NCBI RefSeq assembly: GCF_006345805.1
Contig: NC_043023.1
Location: 4,898,001-4,962,000 of the forward strand
DNA length: 64,000 bases
Direction of reading: 5' to 3'
Origin: Octopus sinensis
Lineage: Eukaryota
A program made the position numbers and the translations under genes. Shown in pieces: positions 26,145-38,542 of the stretch (positions are counted from its first letter, which is position 1; each line of letters opens with the position of its first letter). The notes below the pieces were generated by a model. That model did no database searches. It was not told the DNA's origin and saw only the letters and a program-made list of their open reading frames with translations.

Positions 26145-26747
26145 CCTGTCTATCTATCTACCTATCTATCTATCCATCTATCCATCTGGTTTATCAGCCG
26201 AGTGAGTATATCGTTAATATCGTCACGCCTCCTTCCTTCAAACTGGAAGGAAGAGCTATTTTTATCATACTTGTGGCTATGGCGAAGGAATGTATCTGGC
26301 GGATGCGCCTGAAAGGATTAGAGACAAACACTTTCCTCTCTGGTCAATCTCTCATCAACTTCTTCAAATATCACTTGAAGAGGAAAGTGAGAGTAGAGAG
26401 GCAAGTTTTGTCTAGTGAATGTTTTAAAAAAAGATGGGTGAATGTAGCAAGGAAGGCACGAATGAATGACGAAGCCTCCTTGACTATGATCCTATGAACC
26501 ATAAAAATTGATACAGAGAGTTGCTTATTTGTAAAAAAATATAACATGCACAGGAGTGGCTGTGTAGTAAGTAGCTTGTTTACCAACCACATGGTTCTGG
26601 GTTCAGTCCCACTGTGCGGCACCTTGGGCAAGTGTCTTCTACTATAGCCTCGGGCCGACCAAAGCCTTGTGAGTGGATTTGGTAGATGGAAACTGAAAGA
26701 AGCCCATCGTATATATGTATATATATCTATATATATATATATATATA

Positions 26748-26809
<62 letters not shown>

Positions 26810-27367
26810 TTGTGTGTTTGTGTGTCTGTGTTTGTGTGTCTGTGTTTGTCCCCCTAGCATTGCTTGACAACCGATGCTAGTGTGTTTATGTCCCCGTTAC
26901 TTGGCGGTTCGGCAAAAGAGACCGATAGAATAAGTACTGGGCTTACAAAAGAATAAGTCCCAGGGTCGAGTTGCTCGATTAAAGGCGGTGCTCCAGCATG
27001 GCCACAGTCAAATGACTGAAACATGTAAAAGAGTAAGAGTATGTGACATCATTGACTGAGGTTACCGTGGTCTTTTCCGTAGGCTTTTCTTTCCACAAGT
27101 AAACCTCACCTGTCCTCCCCTTTACACTTTATATTGACATTTCTGTGATAACGATCCCTATTGATCGATTTTTTCTTTTTCCTTTTATTCACCCCCACTT
27201 TTTTTTTCCTTTTCTCTTTCTTTCCTTTTATGATCCCTTTTGATCGAATACCAAACCTCCTTTTTTTTATCCCCAAAAAGAAAAGCTCTACCTTGTAATT
27301 TGTCCCGTCTGTGTGCAGCCCTGTGTGGCTAATAAAGAAACATATCTATCTATCCATATATCTATCG

Positions 27368-27434
<67 letters not shown>
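25437..27434 (+). mobile_element. Three 5'-truncated copies of a Tx1/L1-like LINE 3' end embedded in (TATC)n
   Basis: Copies 25521-25892, 26031-26090 and 26188-27342 all end gcagccctgtgtggc(c/t)aataaagaaac then (TATC)n. The longest encodes AKECIWRMR...FKKRW (L1/Tx1-type ORF2 C-terminus) and is split by SINE B 26546-27040. Confidence 0.7.
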
Positions 27435-27869
27435 AATTAATCAATTGATCAATCATATTCTACTAACATTTCTGATGTATGGATAAACATTTAGATCAAA
27501 TAACTCAAAAAAAAAAAAAAGAAAAAATACCTAAGGCACAGGAGTGGCTATGTGGTAAGAAGTTTGCTTACCAACCACATGGTTCCAGGTTTAGTCCTAC
27601 TGTGTGGCACCTTGGGCAAGTGTCTTCTACTATAGCCTTGAGCCGATCAAAGCCTTGTGAGTGGATTTAGTAGATGGAAACCGAAAGAAGCCTGTCGTAT
27701 ATATATCTGTATGTATATGTGTATGTGTATGTATGTGTTTGTTGTTTGTGTCTGTGTTTGTCTACCCCACCATCGCTTGACAACCAACAGCTTAAACCAC
27801 CAACAGCTTAAACCATATAAATTATTGAGCAGTCATAGAGTTGATTTAGAACTTATATTCTAAATTTCT

Positions 27870-28330
27870 CAGTTCCTCTCAAAGAAGCACTATAACTTGT
27901 TCCATCCAAAAATTTCTTTGTAACAATGCATTTGGAAGCTCTTAGTCTAACTTGAGGTGATATCTTCACACAAGCCATTTGCTTTCTGATACACAGTGTG
28001 GTATCCTTTCATCTGAATTTCTTCATAGTTCTTTATCATATGAAAGAAAAGTAAAAGAATAGCTAAAGATAATCTTCAAACACATCAAATCCTGAGATTT
28101 TCTCTTGAGAAAAAACGTTAATCTGTTCTTTATTGTTATAAAGGAGAATTGAGAGATTTTTTAAAGAGCTTTACTTATAGAAAACGACTCATCCAAGACC
28201 TTGTTCAACAAGTAACAACAGGTTTTAAATGAATATAATCATCCACTTGTAAACATCTGTGGTCAGTCTTATCAAACCACATTTATGAATTGGTCAATAT
28301 GTAACACATCAGGCACAGGGTCAACAATAA
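27870..28330 (-). mobile_element. Highly degenerate LTR-retrotransposon integrase remnant
   Basis: Manual minus translation gives YHTVYQKANGLCE (cf. YHPQANGxVE) and WMSRF, with many stops and frameshifts. Confidence 0.4.
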
Positions 28331-28559
28331 AACGACAGTTTTTGGTGCTTCCCTTGTTAATCTGACCCAGTTTCATCTTGCTCTAGTTTCCTCTGATTAA
28401 AAACACAGTTTTAGATAGATAAGTAGTATATACTTATTCTTTCTTAAATTTCTTGAGACGTTCATGTAAAAATGGGTCAAACTCTGCCATGAAATCTCAG
28501 GTCCCATAAAGTTCCAATAATTTAGGGAGTTCCACGTTTCTCCAACCAAAATGCAAATA

Positions 28560-28836
28560 TATGGGAAGCTACCACCTGTGTCATCTCTTGTGAAAGGTAG
28601 GAGAGTCCAGTTTGCTGGACAGTGTTGTAGAGCTGAACGAGGTAATTTCTACTCTTCTCCTCTGGAAGACATCTACTCGCAATACCAGAGGGCACACACT
28701 CTCCTACCCTGATGTAATCTCCAGGGATACAGGCATCCAGCAACAGGACCTCCGTAATGCTATGATGGACCGTGAAGTCTAGCGTAGCATGGTAAATTCC
28801 ATTGTCTCAACCACGGTCGAACAATGATGATGATGA
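28560..28836 (+). mobile_element. RTE-like LINE 3' end (third family) with (GAT)n tail
   Basis: RVQFAG.CCRA...ISTLLLWK...YPDVISRDTG...AMMDREV, then tgatgatgat. Confidence 0.65.
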
Positions 28837-29071
28837 TTACTCTAAATGCCAAGCTTCTTTCACTTAAAATCTTTATAACAGCTACAGTACTGTATGTTTA
28901 TTTCTGATCTGTTTTTCCAAATTTCTGATCCCCAATGTTTTTCTTCATCTTTCTTGTTAGCCGAAACACCTTCTTCGTATGTTCCGTTCTACTTTCATGA
29001 TTCTCCACAGTTCTGACTACATTCAGCCAACCGGAAAACCCATCAGTTTAAAACAATGTTTTGGCATTTAT

Positions 29072-30130
29072 AGAGTGGCTGTGTGGTAAGTAGCTTGCTT
29101 ACCAACCATATGGTTCTGGGTTCAGTCCCACTGCGTGGCATCTTGGGCAAGTGTCTTCTGCTATAGCCCCGGGCCGACCAAAGCCTTGTGAGTGGATTTG
29201 GTAGACGGAAACAGAAAGAAGCCTGTCATATATATATGTAATTATATGTGTGTGTGTGTGTTTGTGTGTCTGTGTTTGTCCCCCTAGCATTGCTTGACAA
29301 CTGATGCTGGTGTGTTTACGTCCCCGTTACTTAGCGGTTCGGCAAAAGAGACCAATAGAATAAGTACTAGGCTTACAAAAGAATAAGTCCCAAGGTCGAT
29401 TTGCTTGATTAAAGGCGGTGCTCCAGCATGGCCGCAGTCAAATGACTGAAACAAGTAAAAGAGTAAAAAGAGTATAGAAGTGTTTGCAACCAAAACAATA
29501 TACACAGCCTCTGCTCTTTAAGTAAACTAACCAGCATCTCATCATTTGTTTTGCTCCTTGTAAACTCTACTGGATTTGGTGTGTGTGCGTAGGAGTGGCT
29601 GTGTGGGAAGTAGCTTGTTTACCAACCACATGGTTCCGGGGTTAGTCCCACTGTGTGGCACCTTGGGTAAGTCTCTTCTACTATAGCCTTGGGCCGACCA
29701 AAGCCATGTGAGTGGATTTGATAAGCGGAAACTGAAAGAAGCCTGTTGTATATATGTATATATAGGCGCAGGAGTGGCTGTGTGGTAAGTAGCTTGCTTA
29801 CCAACCACATGGTTCTGGGTTCAGTCCCACAGTGTGGCACCTTGGGCAGGTGTCTTCTACTATAGCCTTGGGCTGGCCAAAGCCTTGTGAGTTGATTTGG
29901 TAGATAGAAACTGAAAGAAGCCCGTCGTATATATGTATGTGTGTGTGTGTATGTTTGTGTGTCTGTGTTTGTCCCTCCAACATCGCTTGACAACTGATGC
30001 TGGTTCAGCAAAAAGAGATCGATAAAATAAGTAGTAGGCTTACAAAGAATAAGTCCTGGGGTTGATTTGCTCAACTAAAGGCGGTGCTCCAGCATGGCCA
30101 CAGTCAGATGACTTATAGAAGTAAAAGAGT
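29072..30130 (+). mobile_element. Cluster of three family B SINEs
   Basis: Heads at ~29072, ~29588 and ~29763. Confidence 0.85.
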
Positions 30131-30444
30131 ATATATTTTTGGAAGAAAAAAGTTATGACTGGTCATAGAGTTCTCATTGGTTTTGGACCTATAAAGTGCT
30201 TAGCAGTATAAGTGATTCATCAGACTCTAAGAAGTCACCTACCAACCATAACTTTTAGTATCCTAAAAAGTATTTTACTGTTCCAATGCTTTAGAGTGTA
30301 CTTCTTTTTCGGATACATAAACTACTGATGATATACATGTTGTCGTTGACTCACAACCTGTCTGACTTACGATTGATTGACTTTACGACGATTGACATGC
30401 CAGCTCCCAGCAGCAATAGTCCAGTTGAAATCTAATGGATTTAA

Positions 30445-30860
30445 GGTGGCAAGCTGGCAGAAACGTTAGCACGCCGGGCGAAATGCTTAGCTGTATTTCG
30501 TCTGTCTTTACGTTCTGAGTTCAAATTCCGCCCTTTCAGGGTCAATAAATTAAGTGCACTGGGGTTGATGTAATTGACTTAATCCCTTTGTCTGTCCTTG
30601 TTCGTCCCCTCTATGTTTAGCCCCTTGTGGGCAATAAAGAGATAAGAAACGTTAGCATGCCAGGCGAAATGCTTAATGGTATTTTGTCTGCCGCTAAGTT
30701 CTGAGTTCAAATTCCACCGAGGTCGACTTTGCCTTTCATCCTTTCGGGGTCAATAAATTAAGTACCAGTTATATACTGGGGTCGATGTAATCGACTTAAT
30801 CCCTTTGTCTGTCCTTGTTTGTCCCCTTATGTTTAGCCCCTTATGGGTAATAAAGAAATA
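30445..30860 (+). mobile_element. Dimeric SINE family A with 19-bp TSD
   Basis: tgaaatctaatggatttaa at 30426-30444 and 30861-30879; two tandem bodies. Confidence 0.85.
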
Positions 30861-32754
30861 TGAAATCTAATGGATTTAATTTCAGAAAAATTAACCTGTC
30901 TGTGGATGACATCAGCTAACAAACGACATCGAAGATCCACAGCCAAGCACCAGTCTACAATAAATTTTTATGTAAGTTTTGCAACTGTTTCTTACTCTGC
31001 ATTGTGTATTTCTTGTATTTGTATTCTTTGGTACTTTTCTATGAATAAATAACACTGTTGTAGTATAATACAGAACGCTGTGTGTGACTTTTACCCGAGA
31101 ATGTACTTTAAGAATTTAAAAATATAAAACAAAGTTATGTAGGCCTATAGGCCGACTTACGACCAGTCAACCAGAACCAGTTATAGTTGTAAGTCGTCCT
31201 GTATATGTGTGTGTGTATAGGTGTAGTTATGTGGTAAGAAACTTGTTTCCCAAGTAAGGCAGAAGCGTTGGCACGCCGGGTGAAATGCTTAGCAGTATTT
31301 TGTCTGAGTTCAAATTCCACCAAGGCCGACTTTGCCTTTCATCCTTTCGGGATCAATTAAATAAGTACCAGTTATGCACTGGGGTCGATATAATCGACTT
31401 AATCTGTCTGTCTGTCTTTGTCTGTCTGCTCTGTGTTTAGCCCCATGTGGGTAGTAAAGAAATAGGTATTTTGTTTGCCGTTATGTTCCGAGTTCAAATT
31501 CCGCCGAGGTCAACTTTGCCTTTCATCCTTCCAGGGTCCATAAATTTAATATCAGTTACGCACTGGGGTTGGTGTAATTGACTTAATCCCTTTGTCTGTC
31601 CTTGTTTGTTCTCTATGTGTTTAGCCCCTTATGGGCAATAAGAAAATAAGAAACTTGCTTCCCAAGCATGTGGTTCTGGGTTCAGATCCCCTCCTTGTCA
31701 CCTTGGACAAATGTCTTCTGAGGCCAACCAAAGCCTTGTGAGTCTATTTGGTATACAGAAACTGAAAGAAGCCCACTGTGTGTGTATATATATCTACATA
31801 TATTTATGTGTGTGTCTTTGTGTCTGTTTGTCCCCTCACCATTGCCTGACAACTGATGTCAGTGTGCTCACATCTTCAAAACTTAGCAGTTTGGCAAAAG
31901 ATACCAATAGAATAAGTACTAGGCTTACAAAGAATAAGTCCTGGGGTTGACTCTTTGACTAAAACATCCTTTAAGACAGTGCTCCAGTATGGCAAAAGTT
32001 CTCTTCTCTCTGTAACTTTTAAGTTTTGAAATTATGACATTTTTTACATTTTTTATTTTTTTTCAAATTTACATTATTTAAATATTGAAAATATTAAAAA
32101 AATGCATCCAAACTCCACAAAATAATTGAAAATATAATTTTTACATTGTTACATAGTCATATCTCTGATGTTTTAAAAATATAAACCAGAAAAAATTTTT
32201 TTTAGTATCAGAAAAAGTCATGGAAAAGTGAAGAAAGGGGCAAAATTTTAAAAAGCTATTGAGAATCTTCTTGAAATCTGAAAAAAGTCACCCTGAAAAA
32301 AAGAAGGTAGAATTCTGTTTTAAGCACCCTGCTCAGAACTTTTATTTTTTGGAATTTTCAGAAAATCTTGTGAATTTGTGTTCTACACATGAATTATTTT
32401 TTTTATTTTTCGATTTAAAAAAAAAACTGTTATAATTGTTTTGAATTTTTTATAAAATCAAAGTTTAAAACATGGACAGTCTGAGATTTTTGCTTAAATC
32501 CCAGAAATAAACCATTAATTGTGTTTATGGGGAGAAAGATATTGAAAAACATCAATATGTCAGAGCGACAAAGAAACAAGGAGGGTACAAGGTGCTAAAA
32601 ATAGCTGCTGAAAAAAACCCATAAATCACAAATATTTTTTCTTTTTTTGGTCAATGCAAAACCATAAGAATTCCTGGGCAGAGAATACAAATTCGCAAGA
32701 AAAAATAATAATAATAAAATTCTGAAAATTTCAAAAAATAAAAACAAAGTTATG

Positions 32755-33688
32755 AGGCACAGGAGTAGCTGTGTAGTAAGTAGCTTGCTTACCAACCACA
32801 TGGTTCCGGGTTCAGTCCCACTGCGTGGCACCTTGGGCAAGTGTCTTCTACTATAGCCTCGGGCCGACCAAAGCCTTGTGAGTGGATTTGGTAGACGGAA
32901 ACTGAAAGAAGCCCGTCGTATATAAGTGTGTATATATGTGTGTGTGTGTGTGTCTGTGTTTGTACCCCCAACATCGCTTGACAACCGATGCTGGTGTGTT
33001 TACGTCCCCGTAACTTAGCGGTTCGGCAGAATAAGTACTAGGCTTACAAAGAATAAGCTCTGGGGTTGATTTGCTCGACTATAAAGGCGGTGCTCCAGCA
33101 TGGCCATAGTCACATGACTGAAACAATTAAAAGAGGGGAAAAAAATAATAAAGAGGGTTTATATGGAGTGCTTAAAGCAGAACTCCGACAAAAGTTAAAA
33201 TAATTCGGGAAAAGAGGGAGAACGTAAAAACAATCAAAAAAAAAAAAGAAGTGTCCTCCTTCTTTCCACGCACCCGTCCATTTTTGGCACCAAACACATT
33301 ACTCTTACTCTTTTACTTGTTTCAGTCATTTGACTGCGGCCATGCTGGAGCACCTTTAGTCGAGCAACTCAACCCCGGGACTTATTCTTTGTAAGCCCAG
33401 TACTTATTCTATCGGTCCCTTTTGCCGAACCGCTAAGTGACGGGGACATAAACACACCAGCATCGGTTGTCAAGCAATGCTAGGGGGACAAACACAGACA
33501 CACACACATATATATATATACATATATACGACAGGCTTCTTTCAGTTTCCGTCTACCAAATCCACTCACAAGGCATTGGTCGGCCTGAGGCTATAGCAGG
33601 AAGACACTTGCCCAAGGTGCCACGCAGTGGGACTGAACCCGGAACCATGTGGTTGGTAAGCAAGCTACTTACCACACAGCCACTCCTG
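32755..33688. mobile_element. Inverted pair of family B SINEs (32755-33135 +; 33300-33688 -)
   Basis: Two full copies in tail-to-tail orientation ~165 bp apart. Confidence 0.85.
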
Positions 33689-33924
33689 TAATTTTTTTAT
33701 TTTTTTCTTTGAACTTTCATCATTTGATGGAGTCGGAGAATAAACATCGTGTTTGTGTGCGTATGTGTATCGATATATACTTACACACAAATACAAACAC
33801 GCGTGAGTGAATGTGTCTATCGATATATACTCACACTTTTGTTAAAAAAGTAAATAAAACACAAAAACACACAGTAAATAATTTTTTAAACAAAGTAAAT
33901 AACACACAAAAAAACACAAAGTAA

Positions 33925-34260
33925 GGATCGACTAGTCATGACTAGCTGGCGCGGATGCGCGAGTACAGGAGCCGCACACACCGGGACCACTGTTCGCTAG
34001 TAGTACCCTCACACAGAAATATACACGCACGTTCGCGCACTTGTTGGCGTGCGCGCCTATGTTGATATGTACGTGCGTGTGTCTGTGTGTGATATGCCTG
34101 ACTTGTCAATTCTCAAGGAGCGACAACTTCACAAACACCACTTGTTTCGTCGTGGTAAGAAGTTGTGGTTTCGGAGGAAGATGAAAATGAAATGATTTAT
34201 AAGATGATGACGAGATGGAAAGGAGATGGTACCTGCTCCCTGTGACGGTAGGGATAACTT
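33925..34260. promoter_or_regulatory. CpG-rich island-like segment, possible promoter/first exon
   Basis: Dense CpG (ggcgcggatgcgcg, cgttcgcgcac, ggcgtgcgcgcc) in a CpG-poor window; donor-like gtg|gtaaga at ~34154. Confidence 0.35.
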
Positions 34261-34381
34261 GAAAGTTTTGCTGTTGTCGTTTTTGTTGCTGACTTTTGTT
34301 TGATGTTGTTATTAGCAGAAAAGTGTACGGACACCACTAGATGAGAGTTTATAAATATATACACAATCACACACCCACGTA

Positions 34382-34412
<31 letters not shown>

Positions 34413-34417
<5 letters not shown>

Positions 34418-34485
34418 CTTTATTTAAAAGCAGCAGAAATTCAACAGGTTTTGTTGAATTTCTGCTGCTTTTAAATAAAGTATAT
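34413..34485. repeat. Perfect 34-bp inverted repeat with 5-nt loop
   Basis: atatactttatttaaaagcagcagaaattcaaca-ggttt-tgttgaatttctgctgcttttaaataaagtatat. Confidence 0.95.
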
Positions 34486-34549
34486 TACTCTACCCCTGGT
34501 ATTTGAGTACTCTTTTTTCCACCTTGTTTCACATTTATGTGTTTACTCC

Positions 34550-34613
<64 letters not shown>

Positions 34614-34722
34614 AAGATGTGTATATCATTTTTCTACACACGTTTGTGTGTGTGTGCATAGTGCTAATACAGTTTACATATTTAGATATACACGTAGGTC
34701 TGTATGATACATACATATGTAT

Positions 34723-34774
<52 letters not shown>

Positions 34775-36304
34775 GTGTGGTTAATAATCAGAAGTTTGTT
34801 TCCCTACTTCATGGTCCCGAACTCAACGCATCTGCGTAGCACCTTGGGCAAGTTTTTTTTTCTACTGGACCCTCGGGGCAATCAAAGCGTTGCGAGCGCA
34901 TTTAGTAGAAAGAAACTGAAAGAAGCCCGTCGTATGTGTTTTTGCGTGTGTTTGTCCTCCACCGTCGCCTGAAAACTGGTGTTGGTGTATTTACGTCCTC
35001 GGAATCTTGTGGTTCAGCAGAAGACCCGATGTAATAAGTTTCTGGCTTAAAAGACAATAAGTTCTAGAGTTGATTCGTTTCAAGGCGGTGCCCCAGAATG
35101 ACTAATGACTAAAAGAAGCGAAAGTTGTGCCAAGATTATATATACACTCACCTTTATATGTACACATTCATGCTAAATTAATAAAGTATATATATGGGTA
35201 TATATTATTATATCCGTACATATACTCGTACATGAATACGTACATTCGTACGTTAGTAGGCATATATATTCGCTTGAAAAGTATGTATTTATATGTTGTG
35301 TGTGTCTAAACACATCTGTACAGAGTAAAAATTAGTGTTTTATTTCCATCAAAAGATTGAAGTGAATATTGACGGGATTAGAGTATAGAGTCTGATTTCA
35401 TTGGTAATTTAAAATAGTTGTTCACCCAGCGAGTCTTGGAAGTTACTGTCAATGAAATTTTCACACAAACATATTTCGTTGCTGTTATGCAAAAGTGTCG
35501 TAAGTCCAAAACTTTGCTTTTTCAGACAACGAAAAAATAGTTTCACCAATCCATAGCAAAACCGTTCTACTACACTTTCACAATTTTCGGTATCTTGGCA
35601 TTTGAAGCAGCTGGAGATACGATTTTTTGACCAAAAGAACTGGCTATTGCAAACAAAAATAAATATTGACAAAAAAAAAAAAACGCATTTGGCCAAATTT
35701 GGACATACGGCAGTTTAACATAATAGCAACGATTTGTATTTTGGTCGTCATTCTCTAGTTTCGCCTCTGTTCGGAGGCTCGTCAGGTAAGTTATGACGAG
35801 GTTTTAAAGTACTCATCTCTGTTATAATGTTCGTTCCTCTTTCTTCCAATATTTTTCTTTTATGTTTAATTGTTTACCTGTTTTAGTCATTGGACCACGG
35901 CGGCCTTGAAGTGTTTACTCGAACCAGTACCCTTTTTTAAAGCTTGTTTCTTATGTCGTTCAGTTTTATCAAACCACTAAGCTGGGGTGGGAACACACAC
36001 ACACACATATATACGATGGGCTTTATACTTGTGTGTGTGTGTGTGTGCACTCGTCATCATGTACCACTTTTCAACAATGTAGCTTTTAATCCAATCAAGA
36101 TATCCTTGCCCTGAAGAGTAGCTGACGGTATACACCTCACTTGGATTTTACCAGTTTCACTCGCTACGGAACATATTTTCCATACTCCATTCCGTAACTC
36201 TTGTATGTATATATATTATATACTCAATTAAAATAGTCTGTTGAGATGTTTTGGAAGAATAACATGTTAATAATCTAACGGTATGTCTTCTTTACTTTTT
36301 TTAC

Positions 36305-36387
36305 TCCTCTGATGAGATTTTGCCCCACAAAATATTTTAATCATTGGAATTTAATTCATTTGAGCAATATCGAAACAGCTGTAAGGG
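36305..36387 (+). ncRNA. Type I hammerhead ribozyme-like motif with intact core
   Basis: tcct CUGAUGA gattttgc...gcaatatc GAAA cagctg UA aggg. Stem II is 7/8 bp, stem III is palindromic, triplet GUA, stem I is short (4 bp). Confidence 0.65.
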
Positions 36388-36950
36388 AACATGTTGAATT
36401 TTTGTAGTTAGTGAATTATATTTACACTACTTCTCCACTTTTAATTTGAACATTTCTAAACAAAGTTTTATACTTAAACCTATTACTTTAGAGATATTAC
36501 TATTCACAACAAAATAATACTTAAGAAACCAGTAGTTCATTGGATGTTTTCTATCTTTTTATATATATATATTCTTTTATTTGTTTCATTCACTTGACTG
36601 CAGGCCATGCTAGAGCACCACCTTAAAGGGTTTTAGTCAAAGAAATCAACTGTAGGACATATTCTTTTTAAGCCTAATACTTATTCTATTGGTCTCTTTT
36701 ACTGAACCGCTAAGTTACAGGGACATAAAATGGCTATCAAGTGATGGTGGGTGGAGGGACAAACACACACATGAATACATAAATAAATAAATAAATATGT
36801 GTGTGTGCGTGGTGGACTTCTTTCAGTTTCCGACTTTGAAATCCAGTCATAAAGCTTTGGCTGGCCTGAGGCTATAGCAGAAGACACTTGCCCAAGGTGC
36901 CACACAGTAGTTAGGAAACATAATTCTTACCACCCAGCTATGCTAGCACC

Positions 36951-37008
<58 letters not shown>

Positions 37009-37929
37009 ATTATTAGAAGAAATGAGGTACTCAGAAATTCAGATGGTTTTATATTTACAGATATTTATTTGTATATTGCATGTTTTTATATATCATATAT
37101 TAGCGCTTTCGTCCATTCCAGTAGAGTTTTCAAATTGAACTTCAACCTGACCTACATTTCAGTGTATAACCCCACCACCACCACAACATTTGCCTGTGTT
37201 TGGCCCTTTGCTTGCACAGAGGTCCTCCTTCTGGACTCCCACCTCCATTGTGAGCAGGAATCTATTTTCTCCCTCTCCACCTCTGACCACAGTCCCTCAT
37301 GGTCTAAATTCGTCCTCTCTTATCATACTTTAGCCACCACTCCTAAACACTTGTCATAAAACCACCTCTTTTAAGTACTACCCCCACCCACTTAGTCAAA
37401 GAGGATTTCTCTTTTTCTTGTTCTTTTCCCATCTTGCAAGTTCCTTAGTCACCTCACTAGTACTGGTGGCATGAAAAAAAAAAAAACATCCACTACAAAC
37501 TATAAAGTGGTTGGTTGTAGAAACCATGCCAAAAGTGACATCGGAGCTCAATACAGGCCTCAGGTTCTAGAAAACTTTCCAACCCATGCCAGCATGGAAA
37601 ACAGACATAGAATGATGATGACACATGCATACAAACAGACACACATGTAGACATATAGACATGTGCTGGGTTCAATCCCACAGTATGGCACCCTGGGCAA
37701 GTGCTTTCTACTATAGCTTCAGTCTGACCAAAGCATTGAGAGGGGATTTGGTAGATGGAAACTGAAAGAAGCCCATCATATATGTGTGTGTATGGTGTGT
37801 TTGTATCAGTGTTTCTCACCCACCACTGCTTGACAACTGGTGTTGGTGTGTTTACATCCCTGTGACTTAGTGTTTGGCAAAAGATACTGATAGGATAAGT
37901 TCCAGGCTTAAAAATAAAATTAGAACAGG

Positions 37930-38430
37930 ACCAAAAATTAACTCTACAGGCATGAGGATTATAAATATAAGACATGATGCAGATAAAATTGAAGAAAAAG
38001 ATTGCTCTTGTCTTCATGCATGTTGAGTGGTAACAGATCAGAAAAAAAGAGGAAAAATTTCAAGACTTAATCCATGTTATGGGTGTGGTGGTCTACATCT
38101 TAGAAGTAACTGTCCACTTAAAATTATAAAATGCTTCAAGTGTTTTAAGATAGGTCATAAAAAATCACACTGTAAAACAAAACCTAAAAAATGGTTCAAC
38201 AGAAAAAAACTCATGTAAACAAGCATCAAAGGAAATTTGTGTGTGTAAAAATGAATAACAAACATAAAGTTACAATTGGATATGGACATATCTTGATAAT
38301 TAACAAAGATACATGGGAAAACAATCAGGAGACTTAGATTAAAAGAAACTTTAAAAATAGCACATGGTGTTTCAGGGAAAAAATTACATTTTATGGTCAA
38401 AATGATAAATGACATTACATTTCATGAAAA
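37930..38430 (+). mobile_element. Gypsy-like LTR retrotransposon gag/protease remnant
   Basis: Double zinc knuckle CYGCGGLHLRSNC...CFKCFKIGHKKSHC, followed by degenerate KLQLD(xG) protease motif with stops. Confidence 0.7.
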
Positions 38431-38542
38431 ATCCTGAGGCACTGCCTTTAGTCAAGCAAATCGACCCCAGGACTTATTCTTTGAAGCCTAGTACTTATTT
38501 TATCGGCCTCTTTTGCCGAATTGCTAAGTTATGGGGACGTAA

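Noticed and set aside
33940-34001. Helitron 3' end at gttcgCTAGT
   Set aside because: Only a weak hairpin and no identifiable matching 5' end.
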